Under the pieces are notes generated by a model. It was not told the origin of the DNA, searched no databases, and was given only the letters and a program-made list of their open reading frames with translations. Shown piece after piece: positions 63,180 through 64,000 of a stretch of 64,000 nucleotides of DNA. Where the stretch lies: positions 239,289,198-239,353,197 of the forward strand of contig NC_133622.1 in assembly GCF_048593235.1 (NCBI RefSeq). The letters run 5' to 3'. The position numbers were made by a program, and so were the translations under genes. The DNA is from Sminthopsis crassicaudata (Eukaryota). Numbering within the stretch: position 1 is the first letter of the stretch; each line of letters starts with the position of its first letter.

Positions 63180-64000
63180 GAAAAAGCTACTGGCCATTGC
63201 CCAGATTACTCCTTCATTTTGTGTCTAGAGAGAGAGGAGAGAGTCTATGATCCAAAATATTGAAATAATGAGACCAAAGGCAAGAACTATTGAATGGTAG
63301 TGTCTCTGAATTCAGGGACAATATTCTTTCATCATGATGTATCAATTATACATTTATTTGCCAAAGAATGAAACTATCATCACCATCCAGATTCTGATAT
63401 AGAGAGCTTAGGACTATGAATTCAAAAGTTTTAGGAATAGCAATTCCCCCCTCCAAAAAAAAAAAAAAAAAAAAAAAATTCCTACTTCTAGCTCAGCCCA
63501 GGTAGGCCTTGCTAAAGATAGAAATAATGTATACAAGGGCCTAATTCCTTCTATACAATCCCATATAAAATAAATGGATTGGTATCATTTTTTTTAAGAA
63601 AAGAACAGACTTGAAATAGTTTCATATGTTGAAGAAAAAATGTGAATGTCAATTTTTTAACTTTTCCTTTTTTAAAAAATTACAAAAATAAAGAACAAAC
63701 ACAAACATTGTGATGTACAAAAGTCTAAAAGTAGAGTTAAATATAAAATTCAATTTCTCTCCTTTTAATAGATTCTAGATTTATAAAATTTGAATAATAT
63801 AATTATTAGCTCAGATATGATTTTAAGAAAATCTCATTCAGTAACAATGACACAGGAGATAGAAGATTATCTTTAATTATCTCTTTTGTGGGCCATGATG
63901 AGGGAAATAGAGAAAGTAGACAATACCATACAGATTCTTAGCAGTCTGACTCCCTAAAGTGTTGAGGACAGATAAAAGCTTCCAAGCATTGTTACAAAAC

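Larger units (their letters stand above)
58221..64000 (+). repeat. Tandem duplication unit 2 (continues past the window)
   Basis: Collinear with 47837-54116. Confidence 0.97.

Overview
AT-rich, CpG-poor marsupial genomic DNA, probably dasyurid; this rests on WSINE1-like and Mar1-like SINEs and marsupial-type L1s. It has three N gaps. The window is a tandem cluster of class II olfactory receptor (OR) genes of the OR5D type, most like OR5D13 from memory, all on the + strand. There are four intact ORs (13536, 25879, 39949, 51157), two full-length disrupted copies (9013, 61296) and three fragments (8017, 31940, 54138). The cluster shows layered duplications: an old promoter-like module in three copies, a block duplication (6.5-10.9 kb vs 30.4-42.7 kb) with large deletions, and a ~10 kb tandem repeat (47.8 kb vs 58.2 kb). 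Mobile elements include a near-complete L1 (1-5044), many L1 fragments with target-site duplications (TSDs), CORE-SINEs, L2 remnants and a decayed class I ERV pol-env on the - strand. No prokaryotic features or new protein family are supported. The best leads are an OR that looks intact at 314 aa but has a compensated frameshift removing TM7, candidate OR promoters recovered by comparing paralogs, an ATG-free 521-nt L1 inter-ORF spacer, and a probable gene-conversion tract. All alignments and counts were done by hand.
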